Shown: positions 20,811 through 34,138, numbered from the stretch's first letter. The stretch is DNA of 64,000 nt from Granulicella sp. (GCA_027339965.1 DAHWNL010000030.1:1-64000); one strand, 5' to 3'. Translations and numbers: made by a program. The notes: generated from the letters alone by a model not told the origin.

Positions 20811-20927
20811 CCATAGCATTTTCAGTGTTGCTGGGTACACCGGAGAGGGCGTGCAGTGGCGTTTTCCTTGAGCAAACGCCCATGGAGGTCGAGGCGTCGC
20901 GTTACACCTGCACTGAAAACGCTTTAG
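20811..20927 (-). mobile_element. MITE-like ~118-bp element, copy 2 (inverted)
   Basis: Reverse complement of copies 1 and 3 with a few substitutions. Confidence 0.85.
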
Positions 20928-20973
20928 CCCGCTTGATCGCGTCCCGGTTGAAAGCCAAGGGGGCAAGAGTGCA

Positions 20974-21018
20974 GGGGTGCCCCACATGCTCCCCGCGTTC
21001 TTTGCGGAGAGATGTGGG
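20974..21018 (+). repeat. REP-like palindrome GGGTGCCCCACAT...GAGATGTGGG
   Basis: Imperfect hairpin CCCACAT(G)CTC(C)CCGC / GCGGAGAGATGTGGG just past the hemA 3' end; single copy in the window. Confidence 0.5.
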
Positions 21019-21061
21019 AGACCACGAACCCGCATCGGAAGATTTTCAGGCGGTGAAAGAG

Positions 21062-22453
21062 CTACTGGTGTTGCGGGTCCCGCGGACTGTGGAAATCCTC
21101 GATCTCCCGCTCCTCAGCAGATTCACGCAGCGCCGCGATCTGTGAGTGCAGCAGCTTGCTCGTTAAGGATTCTGTCAGTCTCTCCACCGCAGCCATCTGC
21201 TCGGCGGTCAATGGGTTTCGCGAGAGCTGCTGTGAAATTCGCGCCAACTCCTGCTGCCGCATCTTCTCCGCGCCCAGCAGCAACTCCTTGATGGCATCGG
21301 TTACCGGCGCCCGGGAGATCCGGTCAGTGTAACGCGCCACCTCGCGGGCAACGATCGACTCGGCAGCCTCCGCCTCGCGATGTCGCGCCGCCTGGTTCTG
21401 CGTAGCCACCTTCTGCAGGTCATCAATGTCGTAGACAAAGCATCCCTCAACGTTGTTCACCTCGGGGGCTACGTCACGCGGCACCGCGATATCGATAAAA
21501 AAGATCGGCCGGTTCTTCCTGCGTTGCATCAGAACGCTCGCCTGTTCGGGGGTGAACATCTGGCCCGCGCCTGTGCTGGTGATCACAATATCTGCACGAT
21601 GCGCATACTCCTGCAACTGAAACAACGGAATCACGATAGTGGCGACCGTGGACGAGCGCAGAGCTTCGGCGACCGCCTGCGCCCTGGACTCGGTGCGGTT
21701 GGCCACCAGCAGCAGGGTGGCACCCTGCTGAATCAGGTGTCTCGCCGCAAGTTCGCTCATCTTGCCAGCGCCCACCAGAAGCACGGTCTTGCCGCTTAAA
21801 GAACCGAAGATCTTGCGCGCCAGCTCTGCGGCTACAGACGCCACCGAGACCGTGGTGTTGCCGATCTGCGTCTCGGTGCGCACCTTCTTGGCCACCGAGA
21901 AGGCTCTTTGCAACAAAGGATCCAGCATCGATTTCACCGCGCCCACCTCGCGGCCGACCGACCAGGACTGCTTCACCTGTCCCAGGATCTGCGGTTCGCC
22001 CACCACCATGGAGTCAAGAGAACTGGCCACACGGAAGAGATGATGAATCGCATCGCGCTCCTGGTACTGATACAAATGGGGCTCGATGTCGGTGGCGCCA
22101 ACTTGCAGATACTCTTTCAGGAAACGAATGACGCTTCCGGCAGGCTCGAACTTGGCCTTTGCTGAAGCTCCATCGCCAGCCTCCTGCCCGCCATTCCAAC
22201 CATCCTGGACGGTAAGAATCTCCACGCGATTGCAGGTGGAGAGGATCATCGCTTCGCGGATTCCAGGCTGGCCCGCAAGGGTGCGGGTCGCCTCCGCCAG
22301 CCGGTGACCCGGGATCGCCAGCCGTTCTCGCATCCCTACCGGAGCGGTGGTATGGTTCACCCCCAGCAGCAGCAACCGGGATGGCGGCGTCGAAGCCTGC
22401 GCCGTGATCTCCGTCTCCGGATGGTGTTGCGCACCCTGCCTGCAATCACTCAT
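21062..22453 (-). CDS. hemA: Glutamyl-tRNA reductase
   Basis: GVNHTTAP, LSTCNRVE, SLDSMVVGEPQILGQVK, GAGKM, DIAVPRDV. Confidence 0.96.
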   Translation of the reverse strand: MSDCRQGAQHHPETEITAQASTPPSRLLLLGVNHTTAPVGMRERLAIPGHRLAEATRTLAGQPGIREAMILSTCNRVEILTVQDGWNGGQEAGDGASAKAKFEPAGSVIRFLKEYLQVGATDIEPHLYQYQERDAIHHLFRVASSLDSMVVGEPQILGQVKQSWSVGREVGAVKSMLDPLLQRAFSVAKKVRTETQIGNTTVSVASVAAELARKIFGSLSGKTVLLVGAGKMSELAARHLIQQGATLLLVANRTESRAQAVAEALRSSTVATIVIPLFQLQEYAHRADIVITSTGAGQMFTPEQASVLMQRRKNRPIFFIDIAVPRDVAPEVNNVEGCFVYDIDDLQKVATQNQAARHREAEAAESIVAREVARYTDRISRAPVTDAIKELLLGAEKMRQQELARISQQLSRNPLTAEQMAAVERLTESLTSKLLHSQIAALRESAEEREIEDFHSPRDPQHQ

Positions 22454-23265
22454 GGCGTCTTGAACCTATGCACGACGGAGAAGGAGTTCGCCGCCCAGAC
22501 GGCAATCATCACCACAAAGACAAAGCTGGAGAGATATACCGCACGTCTTCCGCGCAGCCCGCTGTGGGTGCGGATGAAGATCATCAGCACATAAGCTACC
22601 CACATGGCGAAGGAGAGCAATACCTTGGGGTCGGCAAAGAAGGCTGTTCCCATGGAGTCCAGCGCCAGCACCGTCCCAATCAGTAGTCCGGCAGTCATGC
22701 ACGGAAGGCCCAGGCGCAGCGAGTTCAGCCCTATCTGATCCAGCGTCTCGAGTGGCGGCAGCCAACCGCGTTTGGACTCCATCCGCTTCTTCTTGAGCCG
22801 CTGCTCTTGTACGAGATACAGCAGGCTGGCAATCAAGGAGAGGAACATCGCCGCATAAGCCGCCAGCAGCAGCGCGATATGCAGAAAGATCCATCCGCTG
22901 CGCACCAGCGGGTAGGCAATTCTTTCATGCCCGGGATGAAACGCCGGAAGACTCGCCATCAGCACGGCAATGGGCAACAGAAAGATGCCGAAGCTGGTGG
23001 TCCGATAACGAGCGGCCAGAAGCAGGAAGCCCACCACCAGCAACAAGCCCAGCATGGAGAGCGTCTCGTGGGTATCGACGGGCATGGCGCGGTGCGCCGC
23101 ATACAGTGTCTCCGTGATGGAGACGAAATGGAAGAATGCCCCGGTGAACGCGGATGGAAGCGCAACATGCCGCCAGCGAGGGCGGTTATAGAGCGCGGCC
23201 GGCAACACTGCCAAGGCGGCCACGCCGTAAAGAATCACCGCAACTCGAAGCCAAATGAGGGTCAT
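22450..23265 (-). CDS. ccsA: Cytochrome c assembly protein CcsA/HemX-like
   Basis: Multi-TM protein with LYLVQEQRLK, LPPLETLD, DPK motifs; stop overlaps the hemA start (ATGA). Confidence 0.85.
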   Translation of the reverse strand: MTLIWLRVAVILYGVAALAVLPAALYNRPRWRHVALPSAFTGAFFHFVSITETLYAAHRAMPVDTHETLSMLGLLLVVGFLLLAARYRTTSFGIFLLPIAVLMASLPAFHPGHERIAYPLVRSGWIFLHIALLLAAYAAMFLSLIASLLYLVQEQRLKKKRMESKRGWLPPLETLDQIGLNSLRLGLPCMTAGLLIGTVLALDSMGTAFFADPKVLLSFAMWVAYVLMIFIRTHSGLRGRRAVYLSSFVFVVMIAVWAANSFSVVHRFKTP

Positions 23266-23583
23266 AGGTCCAGCATCGCAGACTGCTCCTACGCGAAACT
23301 TCAGTATATCTTCCATTATCCCGGCCATTGTGACTGTGCTCACAGAAGCCCCTTCCGGGTAGCGTCGGGCGGCGCATCTCAATATCTGGCCGAAGGCGCA
23401 ACCGAACGATGAAAAGGGGGGCCTGCCTGCCATCAGGCGCTCCAACCTGCACACGGCACTCGTAAGTCGGGCTTCCTTACGGCCTGCTCACGGCACCGGG
23501 AAGGCGGCATCGGCTCGGCCGGGTGTGCGTGGATCCTTTGCCCAGCCGACTACGATATTCTGTGCATTCAGGGCTTTGCGTCC

Positions 23584-26357
<2,774 letters not shown>

Positions 26358-26361
<4 letters not shown>

Positions 26362-27599
26362 GCCCCCGTCCCAGCCAACCCGGCAGGACCAGCCAGCGCA
26401 GTGCGCCCCAGCCTCGGCCTTTGCTGGTTGCCGGCGTCATGAGCGGCACCTCTGCCGACGGCATTGACGTAGCGCTGTGCCGCGTTCGCCCTGACCCGCA
26501 TGCCCCAGTGCTACCGCGCCTGAAGCTGCTCGGTCATCGCTCCTTCCCTTACGAAAAGACCTTACGCTCCACCATCCTCTCCATCGCCGCTGGCCGCAAA
26601 ACCACGGCGGCCGAACTCGCGCAACTCTCCTGGCGCTTGGGAGAACTCTACGCAGGCGCCATCGCGGAGACATCCGCGAGTCTGCGCCGCAAGCCACACC
26701 TGGCCGCCATCCACGGCCAGACCATCTACCACCAAGCAGTTTCCGCAAGGTTTTTGGGAGCCCCACTCCGCTGCACCTCTCAGGTGGGAGAGGCTGCCGC
26801 CATCGCGGAACGGATGCGCATCCCCGTCGTCAGCGACTTTCGCCCGGCGGATCTGGCGGCCGGAGGCCAGGGAGCGCCGCTGGTTCCCATGTTGGACTTC
26901 TGCAGTTTTCACCATTCGACGATGAATCGGCTGCTGCTGAATCTGGGCGGCATCGCCAACGTTACCGCTCTTCCCGCTGCGTGCTCCATGGCTGAGGTCC
27001 TGGCCTTTGACGCCGGCCCAGCCAACATGCTCATTGATCTGCTGATGCAACGGCTCTACCATCGTCCTCTGGATCGAGGTGGCGCGGTGGCCGCCTCCGG
27101 CCAAGTGCAGCGCCAGGTACTGAACCGGCTCATGACCGCGGCTTACTTCTCGCAGCCCGCCCCCAAGTCCTGCGGACGGGAGCAGTTCGGCACAGCTTTC
27201 GCCGAGCGCCTTCTCGTCCAGTGCCGGCGGGTGGGAGCTCGCCGTCAGGACGTCATCGCCACGGCTACCGCTTTCACCGTGGCCACTCTTCTCGACGCCT
27301 ACCGGCGCATCTGCCTTCCCCATCTTGCACGCTACGCATCACAGGCTCGATCCACGGAGCTGCTGGCCGCAGGCGGAGGCGCTCACAACCCTACCTTGAT
27401 GAGCATGCTTGAGCAAGGGTTCACTCCGCTCGGCGTCAAAGTTTCCAGCACTGCTAGTGCCGGCCTTCCGGTAGAGACCAAGGAGGCCGCGGCCTTCGCT
27501 CTGCTGGGTTGGCTCACCTGGCACCACCTGCCGGGCAACGTGCCCTCTGCCACCGGCGCCGCCCGGCCGGCCATTCTGGGCAAGGTTACCTTTGTATGA
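26358..27599 (+). CDS. anmK: Anhydro-N-acetylmuramic acid kinase
   Basis: GVMSGTSADGID, HGQT, DFR..D.AAGGQGAPLVP, NLGGIAN, KEAAAFA. Confidence 0.95.
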
Positions 27600-29245
27600 G
27601 GTATCGCCCGGCGCCGCAATCTCCTGTGCAAATCTCCCGCGAGCGGCCTTGTCAGCGCTTCTACTCTCCAGCCCTGGCACTGGCCGCACAGCATCGGCGC
27701 TGGAGGTGCGGTCTTGCCCTTCTGCTCACTTTAGCGCTCACCCTCACGGCATGCCGTTCTGCGCCTCAACCCCAGACCCTGGTCTTTCTCATCGAGTCCT
27801 CGCCGAACAGCCTGGACGTCCGTCAGGGCTCGGACTCGCAGTCGGAACGGATCGGCGATCTGATCTTCGACCCCCTGGTGCGCAAGGATGCTCACTTCCA
27901 TCTGCAACCCTGGCTGGCTACGAGCTGGCTACGCCCCGACCCGCTTACCTGGGTCTTTCACCTCCGCCCCGGCGTTCGCTTCACCGACGGCCATGCCCTC
28001 ACCTCCGCGGATGTTGCCTGGTCCATCCGCAGCATGACCAACGGTTCCATCGTCACGCCCAAAGGCGGAGCCTTCGAAGCCATCACCGTAGTGGAGACTC
28101 CAGATCCGCTCACCGTCATCGTCCATACCAGCACCCCGTTGCCCAGCCTGCTCTTCAACCTGAGCGATGGCCTGTTTGGCGTGGTGGAGGACGGAGCCGG
28201 TGCGGACGAGAGCCTGCATCCCATTGGCTCCGGCCCCTTCCGTTTTGTTTCCCAGGTCCAGGATAAGGATGTCATCCTGGAGCGTAACCCTACCTACTGG
28301 GCAGGAGCACCCAGCCCGACGATCCAGCGAGTCCGCTTTGAGGTGGTGCCGGATACCATCACCGCCGCTCTGGAGATGGAGAAGGGGGCGGCGGATGTGG
28401 AAAGCAACCTGCTCACGATGGATATGGTGCATGCTCTGGGCGATCACGCCGCCAACTCCCGGCATCCCCATCTGGCCATCGCCACCGGCCCCGGCGCTCG
28501 CGTCGATTATCTCAACTTCAACGTGCAGGACCCTGCCTTACGCGATCCTCGCGTGCGCCAGGCCATCGCCCTGGCCATCGACCGTCCGGCGCTGATCGCC
28601 GCGCTGTGGCGTGGTCATGCGCGTCTGGCAGACACTTTGCTTCCGCCCGGCCACTGGGCAGAAGCGCCCGCAGACGAGCTTGCGCAGTATCCGCACGATA
28701 TAGACCGGGCCATCGTCTTGCTCGACGCCGCCGGACGGCGGCCGGACCGCAACGGCATCCGGTTGCACCTCACCCTGAAGACATCCACCGATGAGACCGC
28801 CCGGCTGGAGGCCCAGGCGCTCCAGGCCGAGCTGCGCCAGGTCGGAATCGACCTCACCCTGCGCTGGTCAGACTTTGGCACGTTCTACTCGGACATCACG
28901 AAAGGCGCGTTCCAGATGTATCTGCTGCGCTGGATCGGCTCCAACGAAGATCCCGACATCTTTCACTACGCCTACGCGACGGAGATGTTCCCTCCCCGGG
29001 GAGCCAATCGGGGCCACTACTCCAACCCTCGCGTGGATGCCCTTTTGCGCGCCGCCAACGACACTACCAACGAAACGGAGCGCCGCCGGGACTACATCCA
29101 GATCCAGCAGATCCTCGCTCAAGAGCTTCCCACCATTCCTCTCTGGTATCCAGACAACGTCGTGGTCCACTCCACGCGCCTCACGCACCTTCGTCTGGAC
29201 CCCGGGGGCAGCTTCGACTTCCTTCGCTCCGCCGAGCTGCGTTAG
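27596..29245 (+). CDS. Peptide ABC transporter substrate-binding lipoprotein (family 5)
   Basis: LTAC lipobox, LATSW, FHLRPGVRFTDG, PIGSGPF, DPRVRQAIA.AIDR. Confidence 0.92.
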   Translation: MRYRPAPQSPVQISRERPCQRFYSPALALAAQHRRWRCGLALLLTLALTLTACRSAPQPQTLVFLIESSPNSLDVRQGSDSQSERIGDLIFDPLVRKDAHFHLQPWLATSWLRPDPLTWVFHLRPGVRFTDGHALTSADVAWSIRSMTNGSIVTPKGGAFEAITVVETPDPLTVIVHTSTPLPSLLFNLSDGLFGVVEDGAGADESLHPIGSGPFRFVSQVQDKDVILERNPTYWAGAPSPTIQRVRFEVVPDTITAALEMEKGAADVESNLLTMDMVHALGDHAANSRHPHLAIATGPGARVDYLNFNVQDPALRDPRVRQAIALAIDRPALIAALWRGHARLADTLLPPGHWAEAPADELAQYPHDIDRAIVLLDAAGRRPDRNGIRLHLTLKTSTDETARLEAQALQAELRQVGIDLTLRWSDFGTFYSDITKGAFQMYLLRWIGSNEDPDIFHYAYATEMFPPRGANRGHYSNPRVDALLRAANDTTNETERRRDYIQIQQILAQELPTIPLWYPDNVVVHSTRLTHLRLDPGGSFDFLRSAELR

Positions 29246-29260
29246 GCGGCACCCGTTGCC

Positions 29261-29617
29261 TCAGTTCGACGCCACCTGATTCTTTTCGGAACGAAGATAG
29301 CGAATCGCATCCACCTTCGAGATGGCGATCAATCCACCGGCAAGCATCTCTTCCACCTGCGGCAGGAGCTTCTGTATCTGCTCCTCGGTGTCAACGATGG
29401 TCACCATGACGGGAAGATTGCTGGAGATGGAAAACAGGTGCGGCTGGTAGATTCTGGCGCTTGCGCCAAAGCCCTCCAGACCGCGGCAGACGGTTGCTCC
29501 GGCGATGCCCAGTTCCATGCACCGGGCCACGATGGCTTTGTAGAGCGGCTCACCCTGCCATTGATCGGTCTCCATGCAGTGGATGCGCAGCATTCTGGCG
29601 TTGAACTCTTCCTTCAT
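29261..29617 (-). CDS. DUF190 (PII-like) protein
   Basis: GIAGATVCRGLEGFG, LPVMVTIVDTEEQI. Confidence 0.88.
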   Translation of the reverse strand: MKEEFNARMLRIHCMETDQWQGEPLYKAIVARCMELGIAGATVCRGLEGFGASARIYQPHLFSISSNLPVMVTIVDTEEQIQKLLPQVEEMLAGGLIAISKVDAIRYLRSEKNQVASN

Positions 29618-29621
29618 CGCT

Positions 29622-30341
29622 TCACGCCCCTTTGTCCGCAACGGAGGGCCGGTGCGCGTATTTGATAATTTCGACTTCGGAGATCACCACCAGGCCCTCC
29701 TGAACCATCTTGTCGACCAGAGGAAGAAACTCTTTCAGCTTCTCTTCGCTGTCCACCACCGAGAGCACGATGGAAGCATCCTCGGAGAGGCGAAACATCC
29801 TGTCTTTGTGAATCCTGCGGTGGGCGCCATAGCCAAGGATGCCACGATAGACCGTAACCCCAGCCAGGTCGTTGGCTCGCATGGCCTCCACCAGGGCCTG
29901 GTAGAGCGGCTTCTCCTGCCAGCGATCGCTCTCACCGATAAAGATCCGCATCATCTTCGCCCGGCCTTCCATCTTCACCGCCTCCGGCGAGGCCTTGGTC
30001 TTCGGCCTGGAGGATTCTGCCGGCTTGACCACAGTCGTCTCCTGTACCTCGATCATGCCCGAACCGACCAGTTCCTGGAGCTTGCCTATAAGTTGATCCA
30101 CCTTCTCCATCGTCTCGATGAACTCGATCTTGATCGGCAGCCGATCTGAGATCTCCACGAAGTTTGTGGAGTGCATATGATGATCGGCTCCGAAGCCGGC
30201 AACTCCCTTTAGCACGGTAGCTCCGGAGACACCGCGAAAGAAGAGAAAATCGAGCACACTGGCATAGTCCGAGACGCCATGATGGCTGGCTCCCGAACTC
30301 AGATAGATGGATACCTTGACAGCCTTTCCCGCAGCTAACAT
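29622..30341 (-). CDS. Tandem DUF190 (two-domain PII-like) protein
   Basis: Two repeats: GVSGATVLKGVAGFG and LAGVTVYRGILGYG; AAGGAGAG RBS. Confidence 0.88.
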   Translation of the reverse strand: MLAAGKAVKVSIYLSSGASHHGVSDYASVLDFLFFRGVSGATVLKGVAGFGADHHMHSTNFVEISDRLPIKIEFIETMEKVDQLIGKLQELVGSGMIEVQETTVVKPAESSRPKTKASPEAVKMEGRAKMMRIFIGESDRWQEKPLYQALVEAMRANDLAGVTVYRGILGYGAHRRIHKDRMFRLSEDASIVLSVVDSEEKLKEFLPLVDKMVQEGLVVISEVEIIKYAHRPSVADKGA

Positions 30342-30453
30342 CGCTCTCCTTTGCGAATACAGACCTCGGTTGCAGAATGAAAAGTTGGCTTGAAAGATCC
30401 ACCATTGGATCTCTCTGCGAACTCCCACCGAGCCGACCTTTGAAGGACCCGGT

Positions 30454-30858
30454 TCACGGCAGCCACTTTGCCAGACGAACGCCGCACCAGACACCGGCCA
30501 GGCCAAGGACCAGGCTCAGCCCGACATAGGATCCTGCGATCAGGAAACTGCCGATCTGCAGATTGCTGAAGGTCTCCCATTCAAAGGTGGAGAAGGTGCT
30601 ATAGGCGCCGATAAACCCGGTCGGGATCAGATATCTCCAAGACGGGTTCAACTCCACGTGCTGGTCAAGAAACTCCAGCGAGAAACCGATCAGAACGCAG
30701 GCGGTAATATTAATAACAAAGGTGCCGTAAGGGAATCGAGTCCCCATCCGGCCCGAAACGGCGGAGCCGACCCAAACTCGGGCCAGAGCGCCGAGCGAAC
30801 CTCCGAGCGCGATCCAGATATATTTCTGCAGCTCTTCATCTCCACTTCCGCGCCTCAA
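30454..30858 (-). CDS. crcB: Fluoride channel Fluc/CrcB
   Basis: GGSLGALAR, FPYGTFVIN, TGFIGAYSTFSTF; no ATG start (TTG 30858 or CTG 30831). Confidence 0.95.
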   Translation of the reverse strand: MRRGSGDEELQKYIWIALGGSLGALARVWVGSAVSGRMGTRFPYGTFVINITACVLIGFSLEFLDQHVELNPSWRYLIPTGFIGAYSTFSTFEWETFSNLQIGSFLIAGSYVGLSLVLGLAGVWCGVRLAKWLP

Positions 30859-30967
30859 GCTTCACGCCGGACGCAGGTTCTGCGCGGCGAGTGAGCCCGC
30901 CATGCGCAGGGTTAATCCATCTGACCTGGAATCTTGAAGAGGCGCAACTCTCCCGCAGGATTCCCTG

Positions 30968-31045
30968 TCAGGAGTCATCATCTGCCGGGTCGTAATGGAA
31001 GGACGCCGATGGACCGGCAGCGGATAAGGGTGAACTCCATCACCA
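30968..31045 (-). promoter_or_regulatory. Fluoride riboswitch (crcB motif)
   Basis: Minus strand GGTGATGGAGTTCACC...CTGCCGG..CCGGCAG ATGATGACTCCTG: conserved GATG..GTTC core, GGAGT/ACTCC pseudoknot pairing, upstream of crcB. Confidence 0.92.
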
Positions 31046-31681
31046 CAATAATCTCTTTGTATGAGCGCGACCGGGTTCTGTCAACCGCCATCTCATTCCG
31101 GCGGGTTGAGGCAGAACGCCGGCGCTCGTCCGCGGCATATTTTGCACCGCCGCCCCCCCCAGGCCACGGCCAAGGCAGAAACAGGGATGACCGTGCGGTT
31201 GCGACGGCTACGCTTGCTGGCGACGATGCTCTCCGATCGATTCGACCCAGCGAGCCAGAACAAAATCGGCATTCCTCGCGCTATCCATGAGACATGGGCG
31301 CAACAGTTCCCTATATGAGCGTGCCAAGGCTTCCAGGTCGAGGGTTCGGCCGAGCAAGGTACAGCACATTTCAGAAGTCACGATCGCTACCCTGTTAGCG
31401 TTTGTCGAGAAGTGGACGCCCCACAGCTCGCTCCTTTGAGGGGCTGGACCGCACCCTGCGCCTCACACAGCAGCTGAATCGAACGAAGGACGAAGGGCAC
31501 GCAATCTAATCCGGCCTCGGAGTTCCAAATCATCTCAACAAACTGGGTATACCGCCTCTCCCAAGGCTTTGATCGGCCTTTGAAACCAGGTCTTCTAGTC
31601 CCATCGAAGCAACGACATCCTGCCGCGCACCCTGCCGTCCGCCCGGTTTCCTTGTTCTGGACTCCCCGAACGCCTCCTCCG

Positions 31682-32794
31682 CTACTTCGCGCGCGGATGC
31701 GTCTGGTCGTATACCCTCTGGATCTGCCCCACTGTGAGTTGCGTGTAACGTTGTGTCGTGCTCAATCGCTCGTGACCCAGCATCTCCTGGATGGCGCGAA
31801 GGTCGGCTCCCTCCTCCAGCATGTGAGTCCCAAAGGCGTGGCGCAAAGAGTGGGGATGCACGTCGGCAGCCAGGCCACGGCTGAGCGCGATACTCTTGAC
31901 GATTCTTCCCACACTGCGCGTGGTCAATCGCGCAGCGCCTTTGGCCACTCCCACGCGTAGCCGGATCAGCAGCGGACCCTGCTGCGCCAGCGCTCCCAAT
32001 CCCGCAGCTTCCAGCCGAACCTGACGCTGGGGCAGGTAGGCTCGCACCGCTTCTGCCGCCGAGTCGCCCAGCGGCACCAAGCGTTCCTTGCTTCCTTTGC
32101 CGAAGACTCGAATGGCATCATCCCGCCAGCAGATGGAATCCATATCCAACCCCACCAACTCCGAGTTTCGAATTCCGCATCCGTAGAGAAGCTCAAAGAT
32201 CACCCTTTCCCGCTCCGGCCAGGTTGCCCTCTCCCCGGTTTGGAGATCGCTATTTCTATTGCCTGGCGAGGCCACAGCCTGTGATCCTCGGCCCGGTTCC
32301 AGGGAGTCAAGTAGACGATTCACCTCTTCCACACTAGGTACCCGAGGCAGATGTTTGGGCAGCTTGGGCGTGCTCACCAGCAAGGCCGGATTGCTCTCCA
32401 GCAGTCCCCTTTTGGCAGCCCACTTGAACCAGCTCCGGATCGCGGCCAACGCCCGCGCCACACTGGCCTTGGTCAATCCCCTGGCCAACAGCGAGGCCAT
32501 GTACGCTCTTATCTGGGTGTGCTCTACCGAAGACAGGGGCGAACCCTGGGCAGCCACTCTGCCCGTGTTCTCGGTGAGAAACTCTGCAAAGGCTCTCACC
32601 TCCCGCGAGTACGCCCGAAGCGTATGTTGGCTGGCGCCTCGCTCCTCGCGCAATCCAGAAAGAAACTCTTCCCCGAGCGCCAACAAGTCCGGCCCAGCCG
32701 CCACTTTGGAAGCCGGCTTCTCTCCCACGTCCTTCTGCCTTTTGAGGGAGCGGGCCACCGGATGCGAATGCTTCCCTTCGCTAGAACATCTCAT
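31682..32794 (-). CDS. xerC: Tyrosine recombinase XerC-like
   Basis: [56 protein letters not shown]. Confidence 0.88.
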   Translation of the reverse strand: MRCSSEGKHSHPVARSLKRQKDVGEKPASKVAAGPDLLALGEEFLSGLREERGASQHTLRAYSREVRAFAEFLTENTGRVAAQGSPLSSVEHTQIRAYMASLLARGLTKASVARALAAIRSWFKWAAKRGLLESNPALLVSTPKLPKHLPRVPSVEEVNRLLDSLEPGRGSQAVASPGNRNSDLQTGERATWPERERVIFELLYGCGIRNSELVGLDMDSICWRDDAIRVFGKGSKERLVPLGDSAAEAVRAYLPQRQVRLEAAGLGALAQQGPLLIRLRVGVAKGAARLTTRSVGRIVKSIALSRGLAADVHPHSLRHAFGTHMLEEGADLRAIQEMLGHERLSTTQRYTQLTVGQIQRVYDQTHPRAK

Positions 32795-33768
32795 GCATCC
32801 GCCATCCGTCGCCGCGCCCGGGGATGGCACATCCGATGCACCGTCTTCAGCCGGTCGATGGCCAAATGCGTGTAAACCTGCGTAGTGGCTATATCGGCAT
32901 GACCCAGCACGGTCTGTACAGTTCTCAGGTCGGCGCCGTGTTCCACCATGTGGGTGGCCATGCTGTGGCGCAGCTTGTGTGGACTGGCGTGTCTATCCGC
33001 ATTGCGCACCATCTGCCATACCGCCTGGGTGGTCAGCGGCCTTCCACGAACCGACAGAAACAGCGTTCTCTCGAGACCTTCGCCGCCTCGCCGCGAGTGC
33101 AACAAATCGAGTCTTCCCCTGTGCAGGTAAGCCTCCAACGCCTCCACCGCATTGCGCCCGATGGGCACAATGCGCTCCTTGTCGCCTTTGCCCCTCACCA
33201 GCAGGCTGCCGGTCTCCAGGCGCAGATCCTCCTGGCGCAACGCAACGATCTCACCCACACGCAGCCCGCCGGCATAGAGCACCTCGAGAATGGCGTGGTC
33301 TCGCAAGGCAACTGCCAAACCGCTCTTCGAACCACCCTCCACCCGGGTGGCTGCAGCGGATCTCTCCAACATCTCCGCTACTTCGCCCTCAGCCAGTGAC
33401 TTTGGCAGCACCTTCCAACTCGCTGGGCTCTGAATATTCACCGTAGGGTCACGCGAAACACGCTTGTCCGTCAGTAGCCAGCGATAGAAGCCGCGCAGAC
33501 AGCTCAGTTTGCGGGCAATGGATCGCGACTGCACCCCGTGCTCGCGCAAATGCTGCAGGAATCCGCTCACATCCGCCTGCTGCGCGATCAAAAACGTCTT
33601 TTCACCGTCGCCATTGGCTCCGCCATCTTCCAGATACTCGGCGAAGATCTCCAGATCATGAAGGTAAGCCTCGCAGCTCAGCGGCCGCAGCCCCTTCTCT
33701 ACCCGCAAGTGGGTCATGTACTCGCGCAGCATCGCTCTACAATTGCCTGCATTCGACGCCTGACTCAT
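32791..33768 (-). CDS. xerD: Tyrosine recombinase XerD-like
   Basis: [51 protein letters not shown]. Confidence 0.88.
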   Translation of the reverse strand: MSQASNAGNCRAMLREYMTHLRVEKGLRPLSCEAYLHDLEIFAEYLEDGGANGDGEKTFLIAQQADVSGFLQHLREHGVQSRSIARKLSCLRGFYRWLLTDKRVSRDPTVNIQSPASWKVLPKSLAEGEVAEMLERSAAATRVEGGSKSGLAVALRDHAILEVLYAGGLRVGEIVALRQEDLRLETGSLLVRGKGDKERIVPIGRNAVEALEAYLHRGRLDLLHSRRGGEGLERTLFLSVRGRPLTTQAVWQMVRNADRHASPHKLRHSMATHMVEHGADLRTVQTVLGHADIATTQVYTHLAIDRLKTVHRMCHPRARRRMADA

Positions 33769-33930
33769 CCTTAAATTTTCATGCTGCGCGCCACTCTGCA
33801 CCAGCCCCGGTATCCGCCTCGCTACGTGACGGTTCGATAGCCTCTCCCAGCCGGCCGTCCGCTACCCGGGGTGACATGCAGTGCGGAGATCGGGCTATTT
33901 CGGCATTCAGGGAGAAAATACCCTCTCCCG

Positions 33931-33960
33931 CTGCCAAGGAGAAACGTTCTTTGCTAAACT
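33931..33960 (+). promoter_or_regulatory. Putative sigma70 promoter of the met operon
   Basis: CTGCCA-N18-TAAACT with TG extended -10. Confidence 0.45.
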
Positions 33961-34069
33961 CTTGGCAATGAGCTGTTTTGTCGCCTCTCTTGCAGGGCGC
34001 CGTGCGACTCCCCAAAGAGCGCATGCCGGCCTCCACGGGAGGACCCCGACGCAACCATTTTTTGCTACC

Positions 34070-34100
34070 TGCCGCCGGAGCCGCTCTTGGCGGCATTTTT
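34070..34100 (+). terminator. Intrinsic terminator-like hairpin in the met operon leader
   Basis: TGCCGCCGGAG-CCG-CTCTTGGCGGCA followed by TTTTT, about 40 nt before the first gene. Confidence 0.6.
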
Positions 34101-34138
34101 GCACCTGAATCGACTCCCAACCTCAGAAGGAGACAGGG

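Noticed and set aside
31050..31680. Spacer between the riboswitch and xerC as a gene or att site
   Set aside because: No recognisable ORF, tRNA end or repeat found by eye
33960..34070. Canonical SAM-I or SAM-II riboswitch
   Set aside because: Only fragments (AAGAG, GCAACC, CTTGCAG) are present without the conserved partners; kept only as an unclassified leader
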